Source: an uncultured Pseudomonadota bacterium (GTDB taxonomy: Bacteria; Bdellovibrionota_B; Oligoflexia; Oligoflexales; CAIYRB01). Taken from it: a stretch of DNA of 64,000 nt. The notes beneath the pieces were generated by a model, which ran no database searches, was not told the origin of the DNA, and worked only from the letters and a program-made list of their open reading frames with translations. Shown here in pieces: positions 19,959 to 28,873 of the stretch (position 1 is its first letter; each line of letters begins with the position of its first letter). Made by a program: the position numbers and the translations under genes. The stretch covers positions 81,938 through 145,937 of the forward strand of contig CAIWTN010000088.1 in assembly GCA_903915625.1 (NCBI GenBank), read 5' to 3'.

Positions 19959-20783
19959 TTAAACTGAAAGCGATGCCACCCACTCAGCAAGCTCAACAAA
20001 TTCTTCCGGCGCCAAGCTATCTGCACGCCGATTAAGATCAATTGGGCACGAGGCCATTTCTTGGCCATCAGTTAAAGTCTGTATGCTGTTGCTCAACTTT
20101 TTGCGCCTTTGAGAAAAGGCGACACGAGTTAATTTCTCAGTACGGGTGAGTATATCTGTATCGAGTTGAGCCTCGCGCGGACGCATCATCATGACCGCAC
20201 TATCTACCTTCGGCACGGGCTCAAAACAGGTACGAGGCACTTCAAATTCCATCGTAACTTTTGCACGCAACTGAGCAAACACAGTAAGACTGCCGAAATC
20301 TTTGGTGCTCGGCTTTGCTGCAACGCGCGCCGCGAACTCAAGCTGAGTCATCACGAGGATAGCTTGAAATTTCAGGACATGCTCGATGCCAAGCTGAATA
20401 ATCTGACTTGAAATATGATAAGGAATGTTACCAACGAGCGCGGTATGGCCTGCGTCTCCAACCAATAATTCGTCCAAGTTGCAGCGCAAAATATCGTCGT
20501 TCACGACCTTTAACTTTCCGGGCGTCACACTCTCCCAGAGCTCGGTCTGAGACCTTAGATGCTCGGCAAACCTTGGGTCCTTTTCCACGGCTGTGACTTG
20601 ATATCCATCGCCCAGCAAAGCTCGCGTGAGAACACCGCCACCTGGTCCGATTTCAATGACCCGTTTCACGCCAAGATCAGCCAGTAATGCGACCATCCGT
20701 TTAACTGGCCAATCGACTTTTAGAAATACCTGGCTGAGTGATTTCTTTTGATGCAGAGGGTCGCGCTGATTACGGCGTTGCAT
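19959..20783 (-). CDS. rsmA: 16S rRNA (adenine1518/1519-N6)-dimethyltransferase
   Basis: KKSLSQVFL, the SAM motif VIEIGPGGGVLT and NIPYHISS are classic KsgA/RsmA features. Confidence 0.93.
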   Translation of the reverse strand: MQRRNQRDPLHQKKSLSQVFLKVDWPVKRMVALLADLGVKRVIEIGPGGGVLTRALLGDGYQVTAVEKDPRFAEHLRSQTELWESVTPGKLKVVNDDILRCNLDELLVGDAGHTALVGNIPYHISSQIIQLGIEHVLKFQAILVMTQLEFAARVAAKPSTKDFGSLTVFAQLRAKVTMEFEVPRTCFEPVPKVDSAVMMMRPREAQLDTDILTRTEKLTRVAFSQRRKKLSNSIQTLTDGQEMASCPIDLNRRADSLAPEEFVELAEWVASLSV

Positions 20784-21810
20784 TCATAGCCTTTATGAAG
20801 TCATAGCGTGAATATGCATCCCAGTCGTGACTCATCCACTGAGCCGCGTGTTCTGGATGCGCTTGATGTAAGTGAAAGCCATAGGCCGCAATCATCGCCG
20901 CATTGTCTGAGCAGTATTCGAGAGGGGGAAAGAAAGCTGGAACCGGGATCTGCTCGGCCATCAACTGACGGAAGCGTTTATTAGCAGCAACTCCACCGGC
21001 TACTAACACTGACTTTGACTCAGGATGGAGCCGCAAGGCTTCCTGCAGTTTGCGGATAATTTGTCCTAGCGCCTCAGCCTGAAAGCTAGCGCAAAGATCA
21101 GCTCGCATCCGATCGCTAAGAGGCTTGTGCTCGGTAATTTGATTGGCCATGAAGGTCTTCAAACCCGAGTAACTAAACTCCAGCCGCGAACGCTGACTCA
21201 CCATCCGCGGCATCGCCACGGCACGCTCGTCGCCATATTCAGCTAGCGCCTCAATGACAGGTCCACCTGGGTAACCTAGACCTAGTAGCTTCGCTACTTT
21301 GTCGAAACATTCACCACAGGCATCATCGATGGAGCTGGCTAACAAGCGAAAATGCGTTGGGTTTGCCATGAAGTAGAGATTGGTGTGTCCACCGGATACC
21401 ACTAAAGCAAGAGTCGGATAAACCTGCTGGGCTGATGCCTTAATTCCCAGCATTGCTCCGTGAATATGGGCATGAACGTGATCAACAGGAATCAAAGGCC
21501 GTCCCAAAGCTAACGCCAAGCCCTTGGCATAGGCCACTCCAACGAGAATTGCTCCGATAAGCCCGGGCCCCTGCGTCACCGCTACGGCATCAATCTGCTC
21601 GCGCGTTGTTCCGGACTCTCGCAGAAGTTGCTGAAGGAGTGGGCCAATCACTTTCAAATGCTCACGCGCAGCAACTTCTGGCACGACGCCACCAAAGGGC
21701 ATGTGCACAGCGGTCTGCGATGCGACCAAGGACCCGATGACACTGTGGCCATCCGCCACTAAGGCAACCGCTGTCTCGTCACAGCTAGACTCAATACCTA
21801 GGATCAACAT
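20770..21810 (-). CDS. tsaD: tRNA N6-adenosine threonylcarbamoyltransferase
   Basis: MLILGIESSCDETAVALV, HxxxH (VDHVHAHIH) and SGGHT match the TsaD/Kae1 family. It overlaps the rsmA start by 14 nt. Confidence 0.95.
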   Translation of the reverse strand: MLILGIESSCDETAVALVADGHSVIGSLVASQTAVHMPFGGVVPEVAAREHLKVIGPLLQQLLRESGTTREQIDAVAVTQGPGLIGAILVGVAYAKGLALALGRPLIPVDHVHAHIHGAMLGIKASAQQVYPTLALVVSGGHTNLYFMANPTHFRLLASSIDDACGECFDKVAKLLGLGYPGGPVIEALAEYGDERAVAMPRMVSQRSRLEFSYSGLKTFMANQITEHKPLSDRMRADLCASFQAEALGQIIRKLQEALRLHPESKSVLVAGGVAANKRFRQLMAEQIPVPAFFPPLEYCSDNAAMIAAYGFHLHQAHPEHAAQWMSHDWDAYSRYDFIKAMNATP

Positions 21811-21838
21811 GAGATTAACACTGGATGATTACTAGCCT

Positions 21839-22676
21839 TTACTTCTTGTCACCACTACCTTCAGCCAGCCGTTCGCGAGCCTTAGCAGCCTCGTCAGAGG
21901 AAGGAAATTCTTTGATGAGTTCCTCGTAGAACACATTTGACGTCGCCACATCGCCTAAATGGCGGAAACAGTCGCCAAGCCGCAGCTTCGCGGTGCCTAA
22001 ATACTTCGGGGACGGCTTAGAATCAACGAAGTCGTTAAACTTCAGGGCCGCTTCCTTGATGTTGCCCAGGCGAAACTGACTTTCCGCTAAAAGGAAGTGA
22101 AGCTGCTCTTGCTCGTCGCCGCTTGCCGGCTTTTGAAGCTTGGGGCCTTCTTCGAGAACCTGTTTGAAGCGTTTTTCGTCGAAGGCTTTTTGGAGCTCGG
22201 CGACGTCAGTGGCTGTTTTGCGAGAGTCTTTTTTTTTTTGCGCCCTTGACGCCGGCTTTTTTCAGGGCCTCAATGAGATCTTCTTGCGCCGATTCAACAG
22301 CTCCAATGCGTTCCGTCAATTTTGATAAATTTCGAGCTACTGAGTGCTCCTGAGTCGACGCATCAGTACCAGGCAATTGACCGGTCGTAACACCCACTTT
22401 TAGGGCGTCTATTTCGCCGTGCACAATTTGAAGTTCGCGACTCATGCGTTCTAGTTCTGCCTGCGTGGATGCTATCCTTTTGGTGGCAGACTCTCCGGAA
22501 TTCTTAGCATCCTTGCTGGTGTCCGCTAGTAAACGCTCAAGATTAAGCAGACGCATCTGGACGCTGTAAATATCATCTTTCATTAGCCTTTTTTCGCTTG
22601 GGGTAATGCATGAAGTGATCCCCATACAAAATGAAATCAAACCAAAGCAAGAAAGGAAATGCCTCATCGCGACCAT
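21839..22676 (-). pseudogene. CpoB/YbgF-like coiled-coil + TPR lipoprotein gene, reading frame broken at an A11 tract
   Basis: The upstream frame (22206-22676) encodes a lipoprotein signal (FCMGITS|C) plus coiled coil and ends ...GAKKKRLSQNSH*. A second frame is open from 22261 down to the TAA at 21839-21841. It encodes ...AELQKAFDEKRFKQVLEEGPKLQ...LHFLLAESQFRLGNIKEAALKFNDFVDSKPSPKYLGTAKLRLGDCFRHLGDVATSNVFYEELIKEFPSSDEAAKARERLAEGSGDKK*, the typical CpoB TPR C-domain. Removing one A (or adding two) in the A11 run joins the two frames. Confidence 0.75.
22229..22239 (-). repeat. homopolymer A11 (T11 on plus strand) at the frameshift point
   Basis: I counted it directly: t at 22229-22239, flanked by c22228 and g22240. 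It was the only homopolymer longer than 8 that I noticed in the window. Confidence 0.95.
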
Positions 22677-22772
22677 CGGTATCCACCCTCAGCTACAACT
22701 GCCCGAGCCGATAGCATCGGCAAATTTCGAGATTAGTGTCGTATACGATTAAAACACAGCAGCTGGCCACTG

Positions 22773-23165
22773 TCAGCTCTTGGTTGCGTACTGCTTCTGC
22801 CGACGCTTTAAGTCCACCTGTAGTGAGAACAGCCGGTTAGAGTCTTCTTTCCAGCTCAAATAGTAGGCCTTCGGTGCTTTTTTCATCACATAAACCATCT
22901 GCAGCAGTTCTTTCTCGCTTAACAACTCGGATGTATCATGAAGACGGCGCTCAATTCGCTCATTCAGAGTCAGTTCCGCCGCGGGAGGAGCGACCGGTTT
23001 CTCTTGGTTTTCAGGGATTTCTAGCGTATCGTCGAGCGGCCCCGTGGCAGGTTTTGCTGACGCAGTAGGTGGCTCAGGCAAGTCAGATCCGCTCGCGTCA
23101 ACATTTGGTGAGACGTCGACCGCGTCACCATCGCTTTCGTTGTGGATGTCCGTGTGTTCGGCCAT
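22773..23165 (-). CDS. hypothetical protein (acidic N-half, basic C-half)
   Basis: 130-aa ORF divergent from the helicase gene. No domain was recognised. Confidence 0.4.
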   Translation of the reverse strand: MAEHTDIHNESDGDAVDVSPNVDASGSDLPEPPTASAKPATGPLDDTLEIPENQEKPVAPPAAELTLNERIERRLHDTSELLSEKELLQMVYVMKKAPKAYYLSWKEDSNRLFSLQVDLKRRQKQYATKS

Positions 23166-23284
23166 GAAAGGTAGCTCGCTGAGTAGTTCACTTCATTTGT
23201 ATTTCGGCGTAACCACAGCCAAACTCAAGCAAACCGTCACCAACATGGCGCAACCAACTGTAAACTAAGGATTTTTTCAAGAAC

Positions 23285-25099
23285 ATGGAACATGTGATAC
23301 CACCTTCGACTGAGACACCTAAGCCCACTACAGAACCCACCGATCCGGATTTAGAGCTCGGAGCCGCCGCTGACCTTGAAAGCGACGAAGGCACTGAAGA
23401 AGAAGTGCGCGAGCGTCCGATTGTGCCTCTAAAAGACATTCCACCAGAAGTAGCCGCACTGGGCATCAACAGTTTCGAGGACCTTCCCTTAGTTCCGACC
23501 ATCGGTGAAGCGATCCGTCAAATGGGCTGGATCACTCCAACGCCAGTCCAAAAACTATGTCTGCCCTATACCTTAAGATCTAGGGATGTTGCTGGCTTTG
23601 CCCAAACAGGAACAGGCAAAACTGCGGTCTTCTTGATTACCATTCTGAATAAACTACTCTCTACGCCGAGCCCCGAAGGTCAAAGTGCCGGCCGTGTGCC
23701 TCGCGCAATCGTGATTGCTCCTACTCGCGAATTAGCAATGCAAAGCGAACAAGATGCGGCTGATCTTTTCGCAAAAACCGGCCTCAAATCGATCGCCGTG
23801 TTTGGCGGCATTGACTACGACAAGCAGGCACGCGATATAGCTGAAGGTGTTGATGTAATCTTTGCGACACCAGGCCGACTTAAAGACTACATCCAAAAGA
23901 AAGTAGTTCGCCTCGAAGACATTTCTGTTTTCGTCTGTGACGAAGCTGACCGCATGTTTGACATGGGCTTCATCGAAGACGTGGAATTCTTCCTTGAGCG
24001 TATTCCGCAGAATGCGCAGAGACTTCTGTTCTCCGCGACAACAAACGACCAAGTTAAAGAGCTAGCATTCGAATACCTGGAAAATCCAGAATATATCTCG
24101 GTGAATCCAGAGACGATCACTCCAGAGAAGATCGAACAGTTCGCAATTCATTGCCATGCTACCGAGAAGTTGCGGGTACTTTTAGGTCTGCTTGAAGACC
24201 ACAAGCCTGACTGCGCCGTGATCTTCACCAACACCAAACTGACTGCTGAGTGGCTGTACTTCAAACTACAACATAACGGAGTAGATGCTGACTTGATTAG
24301 CGGTGACCTACCGCAAAAAAAGCGCATTAGCCTGATACATAGAATCAAAGAGGGCAAGATCAAGGCCCTGGTAGCGACGGATGTTGCCAGTCGTGGACTT
24401 CACATCTCCCGGATCACCCATGTATACAATTTTGATTTGCCAGATGATGCAGCCAACTATATCCACCGGATCGGTCGTACCGCGCGCGCTGGCGCCAAAG
24501 GTTACGCTTATTCCCTAGTTTGCGACGACTACGGACAGAATCTGACGGCCATCAACGACTTACTAGGGCCGCTAGCCATGCAGACAACCTGGCCGGATGC
24601 TCGCTATCTCCAGATCGTAGATAAAGCCGGAAACCCATTTGAGGAGCGCTATGCAGCGCGCCGCGAGCGTTTCAGCGAAGGCCCGAGCAGAGGCCGCGAT
24701 GGTGGCGGTGGCAGACCTCAACAAGGCCGCGACGGCGGAAGACCGCAAGGCCGCGACCAGGGCCGAGGCGGATATGGCGACAAAAGCAGACGAGATGCGG
24801 GTCCTCGACGCGACGAAGGACAGCGCCCACAACGCCCTCATGTTCAGTCTGCTCAGGGCATGGAAGCTAATGGCAACGGTGATCACAAGCGACGCAATCG
24901 TCGGCGCGGACGCGGCGGCCAAGAGCGCGATCAACAGCCGCAAAGCCTCCATCAGCACGGGGCGCAGAACGCACGGAGATCAGGCCCCGTGTCGGGTCAT
25001 GCCGTAGTCAAGGCGCACGATCACGACGCAGCGCCCAAGACCATGTTTGGTATGATCTTTAAACTTCTAAAAACGGTTTTCCGCATCGGCAAGAAGTAA
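23285..25099 (+). CDS. DEAD-box ATP-dependent RNA helicase with RGG-rich C-terminal tail
   Basis: Q-motif region (TPTPVQ), AQTGTGKT, PTRELA, DEAD (VCDEADRM), SAT and HRIGRTARAG are all present. The tail is GRDGGGGRPQQGRDGGRPQGRDQGRGGYG. Confidence 0.93.
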   Translation: MEHVIPPSTETPKPTTEPTDPDLELGAAADLESDEGTEEEVRERPIVPLKDIPPEVAALGINSFEDLPLVPTIGEAIRQMGWITPTPVQKLCLPYTLRSRDVAGFAQTGTGKTAVFLITILNKLLSTPSPEGQSAGRVPRAIVIAPTRELAMQSEQDAADLFAKTGLKSIAVFGGIDYDKQARDIAEGVDVIFATPGRLKDYIQKKVVRLEDISVFVCDEADRMFDMGFIEDVEFFLERIPQNAQRLLFSATTNDQVKELAFEYLENPEYISVNPETITPEKIEQFAIHCHATEKLRVLLGLLEDHKPDCAVIFTNTKLTAEWLYFKLQHNGVDADLISGDLPQKKRISLIHRIKEGKIKALVATDVASRGLHISRITHVYNFDLPDDAANYIHRIGRTARAGAKGYAYSLVCDDYGQNLTAINDLLGPLAMQTTWPDARYLQIVDKAGNPFEERYAARRERFSEGPSRGRDGGGGRPQQGRDGGRPQGRDQGRGGYGDKSRRDAGPRRDEGQRPQRPHVQSAQGMEANGNGDHKRRNRRRGRGGQERDQQPQSLHQHGAQNARRSGPVSGHAVVKAHDHDAAPKTMFGMIFKLLKTVFRIGKK

Positions 25100-25105
25100 C
25101 TGACA

Positions 25106-25138
25106 GAGAGTGCGGCGCCTACTAGGCACCGCACTCTC
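25106..25138. terminator. strong hairpin between convergent genes (bidirectional terminator candidate)
   Basis: GAGAGTGCGGCGCC (25106-25119) pairs with GGCACCGCACTCTC (25125-25138) at 13 of 14 positions, loop TACTA. There is no clear U-tract. The 3' arm overlaps the stop codon of the 25137-25826 gene. Confidence 0.5.
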
Positions 25139-25826
25139 AGTGAAACAAGGTCCGAAAGGTCAGCCCGTAAGTTTTTGAGGTGAGATCGGCATTCGTAACA
25201 AATTTTGCGGGGCTGAGTAATTGTGCCCGACGAACTGAGGCGCTCAATCCCACCTGCATTCCAGCATAGTCAAAAAATGTAATGAAAACTCCGGGCTCAA
25301 TAAATTTGTAATTCGGCTTCTCGATGCTCGACTGCTCAGCTCCTACGGGAGTCTGACGTAAATAAATCACCCCTACACCTCCTGTAACCGATACCACGAT
25401 TCGGAAGGGGTCATAGGCGAGCAGACTCTGCGCTAAATTCAAGCCACCAGAATAAGTTGCATACTTTAGTGTGGAATTATCCACAGTCGGCGCCCTCGCC
25501 TGCGATGGCATCCCCGTAAAGGCTATTCCAATAAACGTCTCCGAATGAAAGCGATAATTCCATTGGGCAGATAGCAACAAATTTGGCGAGGACAGGCTCG
25601 CCTGTCGCCCAAATAAACTTGTCATCTTGGCATCAAGGCCATTCTCATGCCGGTCAAAAGTCAGGGGTTTGCGTGCCAATCGACGCCGTTCCTCTGCCTC
25701 TTGTGCTGACTCAGTTGGCTTTGACTCATCTGTTTTTGGTACTTCCTGTGCATGAACCGACGCGGTTATCACCTGAAAACCTAAAAGCATCAGAACGCTC
25801 AACAATTTCTTGCTGTGTTGCGCCAA
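25137..25826 (-). CDS. putative outer-membrane beta-barrel protein
   Basis: 229 aa with signal peptide LLSVLMLLGFQVITASVHA|Q. The C-terminal two thirds alternate in beta-strand fashion and end ...YGLTFRTLFH. Confidence 0.5.
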   Translation of the reverse strand: MAQHSKKLLSVLMLLGFQVITASVHAQEVPKTDESKPTESAQEAEERRRLARKPLTFDRHENGLDAKMTSLFGRQASLSSPNLLLSAQWNYRFHSETFIGIAFTGMPSQARAPTVDNSTLKYATYSGGLNLAQSLLAYDPFRIVVSVTGGVGVIYLRQTPVGAEQSSIEKPNYKFIEPGVFITFFDYAGMQVGLSASVRRAQLLSPAKFVTNADLTSKTYGLTFRTLFH

Positions 25827-25884
25827 AACCTCGTCCCCCGTCTAGAAATCTCGCTTATATACTGACAATTATTATAGCAAAGCT

Positions 25885-26781
25885 TCAGCCACTTGGCACG
25901 AAGCGGTGACTTGAGAGGCTCACCAGTCGTGGTGGAATGCCACGTTCAAGCATGACCACATGAAGCTCAAGCCCAGGCCAGGCATTTGGGCCTCCGCGCA
26001 ACCCACCTGCGCTAGCAAGAAAAGAAAGACGCGCGATCGCATCATGGGGATTACTCGCGTGAATGGTAGACATGACCCCTTCATGACCACTCATCAGAGA
26101 CTCACAAAAGGCTCCTGCCTCATGTCCGCGAATCTCGCCTATCACCAGCCTATCTGGCCGTAAACGCAATGCCTCTTGCACCAATCTGGTCAAACTGACA
26201 GCTCCGATACCTTCGAGATTTGGCCGTCGTTCCAGTAAGCGCACAGAGCATGGCGAAGGCAGGGGTAATTCGCTCAGAGACTCGACCAAGATCACCCGTT
26301 CACTAGCCGCATGAAGTCTTAGTAATGCGGCTAGTAGAGTCGTCTTACCACCGCCTGTCGGCCCAGCGATCAGTAAGCTTTCACGGCGCTCCATGATCCC
26401 ACGGAGTTTTTCCATTAGATTAGGGCAAGCACGAAAATCTGAAATACATAAGCTGTCAAAGCGATGCCTTCGCAAACTAAAGAGCGCTCCGTCTGGAGCC
26501 AATGGAGGCAGAACGCAATGCCAACGAAAGGCTTGCTCAGGCAGGCTGCCGCCAGCAGCTCCACTGAGCGGATCCAAGCGAATGCCGTGCTGCCGTGCCA
26601 ACTCTTGCGCCCACATGGCCAGCTCCTCAGCATGGGCGAATGGCGAAGATGCAGCCCTAAGACTATCGCCAAGCACTAGCCACATGCCAAATCCGCCGTT
26701 AACGACGAGCTCGTCAACCGCAGGATCCGAGAAATACGCCATTAACTCTGACATCAATGTAAAAAATCTCACCCCATCCAC
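25885..26781 (-). CDS. secretion-type ATPase, CpaF/VirB11 (GspE superfamily) core
   Basis: 298 aa. N-domain DPAVDELVVNG, Walker A AGPTGGGKTTLL, Walker B/Asp box LRPDRLVIGEIRGHEA and His box SGHEGVMSTIHA are present. Confidence 0.8.
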   Translation of the reverse strand: MDGVRFFTLMSELMAYFSDPAVDELVVNGGFGMWLVLGDSLRAASSPFAHAEELAMWAQELARQHGIRLDPLSGAAGGSLPEQAFRWHCVLPPLAPDGALFSLRRHRFDSLCISDFRACPNLMEKLRGIMERRESLLIAGPTGGGKTTLLAALLRLHAASERVILVESLSELPLPSPCSVRLLERRPNLEGIGAVSLTRLVQEALRLRPDRLVIGEIRGHEAGAFCESLMSGHEGVMSTIHASNPHDAIARLSFLASAGGLRGGPNAWPGLELHVVMLERGIPPRLVSLSSHRFVPSG

Positions 26782-27055
26782 AGATTACCCACCTTTAGTC
26801 CCCGCCGTCGAAAGGCTGTACCTTAGGTCAGAACTTTCTGCCAAAAAATTTTGGCTCATGCTGGCATGGTCCACCGCTGTTGTAATGCCAGCCGGCCAGG
26901 CGTTTCCAGGGACACGCCTGGTCGGCCTCGGACATCGAAACAGCCAAACATCGATAGGCCTCGACCGAATTAATTGGCCAAAAGTCTACCGTATTTTACA
27001 ATTGGTAAACCGTGGTATTACGCTACGACTTTTGTCTACCAGTAGGAGCTAGTTC

Positions 27056-28855
27056 ATGCATTCCTATCGCAGCCACACATGCGGCCAACTAAGAGCTGCT
27101 AACGTCGGCCAAACTGTTCGCTTATCAGGCTGGATTTTTCGCAAGCGCGACCACGGTCAGCTACTTTTCATCGATCTGCGTGATCACTACGGCCTAACTC
27201 AAATCGTCCTGCATCCAAGTCGGAGTTTTTTCGAGGCTGCGACACATCAAAGGCTAGAAAGTGTGATCACAGTGACCGGCAAAGTCGTCAGCCGGGATGC
27301 CAACACGATCAATCCAAACATGCCTACGGGTGAGATTGAGATTGTTGTCGACGATTATGTCGTTCACTCAAATGCCGAAGTCTTGCCATTTGTCCTCGAT
27401 ACGGATGAGGAAATAAGCGAAGAGCACCGGCTTAAATATCGTTTTCTTGATCTACGGCGTGAAAAAATGCAGCGCAATATCGTGCTACGCTCGCGCGTGA
27501 TTTCAAGCATCAGGCGTCGCATGACGGATTTGGGCTTTAATGAGTTCCAAACGCCGATTCTAACCAGTAGCTCACCAGAGGGTGCCCGTGACTTTCTCGT
27601 CCCTAGCCGCACGCACCCAGGCAAGTTTTATGCGCTCCCACAAGCACCACAGCAATTCAAACAGCTGCTCATGGTGTCTGGATTCGACCGCTACTTTCAA
27701 ATCGCGCCCTGCTTCCGTGACGAAGACGCTCGAGCCGACCGCTCTCCTGGCGAGTTTTACCAGCTAGATATGGAGATGAGCTTCGCCACTCAGGATGACG
27801 TCTTTGCTGTTGTCGAACAGCTGTTAACCGGAGTCTTCGGAGAATTCTCTGCTAAAAAACATACGCCGGCACCATTTCCGCGGATCAGCTACGCGACTTC
27901 GATGCTGAAATACGGCAACGACAAGCCCGATCTACGCAATCCATTAGTGATCCAGGACGTGAGCTCGTTCTTCGCAGAAACCGAATTCAAGGCCTTTAAG
28001 ACTGCCGTGGCCAACGGTGACGTTGTCCGCGCCATTCCAGTGCCACAAATTGCCAGCAAACCTCGCAGTTTTTACGACAAACTGGTGGACCATGCCACGT
28101 CACTTGGTGCCAAAGGGCTAGCTTACTTGGTCTGGGCTGATGATGGCGTCAAAGGACCAATCGGCAAATTTATTAAACCAGAGCAACTCGAAGACCTGAA
28201 ATCGCGCTGCAACGTCAAGACTGGTGATGCCGTATTCTTCATGTGTGACAAGGAGCCCGTGGCAGCAAAAATCAGCGGCTTGCTTCGCACGAAATTAGGT
28301 GAAGATCTCGATCTGATAGAGAAAGATATTTATCGCTTCTGCTGGATCGTCGACTTCCCGATGTTTGAGAAGAACGATGAGGGCCAAATCGAGTTCTCTC
28401 ACAACCCATTCTCGATGCCACAAGGCGGTATGGAGGCTTTGACGACGCAAGATCCCCTAACTATCAACGCCTTCCAATATGACTCTGTCTGCAACGGTGT
28501 TGAATTATCCAGCGGCGCAGTCAGGAATCATCTGCCCGAAATTATGTATAAGGCCTTCGCCATTGCCGGCCACCCACCGGAAGCTGTAGATCAGCGCTTT
28601 GGCGGCATGATCCGCGCCTTCAAATTCGGCGCTCCACCTCACGCAGGCATCGCTCCAGGTATTGATCGCATCGTCATGCTGCTGGCAGAGGAATCCAGTA
28701 TTCGTGAAATTATCGCCTTCCCGCTGAATCAGAAAGGTCAAGACCTACTGATGAACGCACCGGCTGAAGTCCTGGATAAACAACTACGAGACGTCCACAT
28801 TCGCATCGACCCAGCTGTTTTGGCTGAGAAGAAAGCGAAAGCGGACGCCAAATAA
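27056..28855 (+). CDS. aspS: aspartate--tRNA ligase
   Basis: 599 aa with an OB-fold N-domain. Class II motifs are present: [32 protein letters not shown] and [11 protein letters not shown]. Confidence 0.96.
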   Translation: MHSYRSHTCGQLRAANVGQTVRLSGWIFRKRDHGQLLFIDLRDHYGLTQIVLHPSRSFFEAATHQRLESVITVTGKVVSRDANTINPNMPTGEIEIVVDDYVVHSNAEVLPFVLDTDEEISEEHRLKYRFLDLRREKMQRNIVLRSRVISSIRRRMTDLGFNEFQTPILTSSSPEGARDFLVPSRTHPGKFYALPQAPQQFKQLLMVSGFDRYFQIAPCFRDEDARADRSPGEFYQLDMEMSFATQDDVFAVVEQLLTGVFGEFSAKKHTPAPFPRISYATSMLKYGNDKPDLRNPLVIQDVSSFFAETEFKAFKTAVANGDVVRAIPVPQIASKPRSFYDKLVDHATSLGAKGLAYLVWADDGVKGPIGKFIKPEQLEDLKSRCNVKTGDAVFFMCDKEPVAAKISGLLRTKLGEDLDLIEKDIYRFCWIVDFPMFEKNDEGQIEFSHNPFSMPQGGMEALTTQDPLTINAFQYDSVCNGVELSSGAVRNHLPEIMYKAFAIAGHPPEAVDQRFGGMIRAFKFGAPPHAGIAPGIDRIVMLLAEESSIREIIAFPLNQKGQDLLMNAPAEVLDKQLRDVHIRIDPAVLAEKKAKADAK

Positions 28856-28873
28856 TCGATCCTAACCCTACTA

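Noticed and set aside
26393-27052. 219-aa plus-strand ORF
   Set aside because: It is antisense to, and almost fully contained in, the well-supported CpaF/VirB11-type ATPase gene. The product is low-complexity and Ser/Arg/Ala/Pro-rich, as is typical of shadow ORFs.
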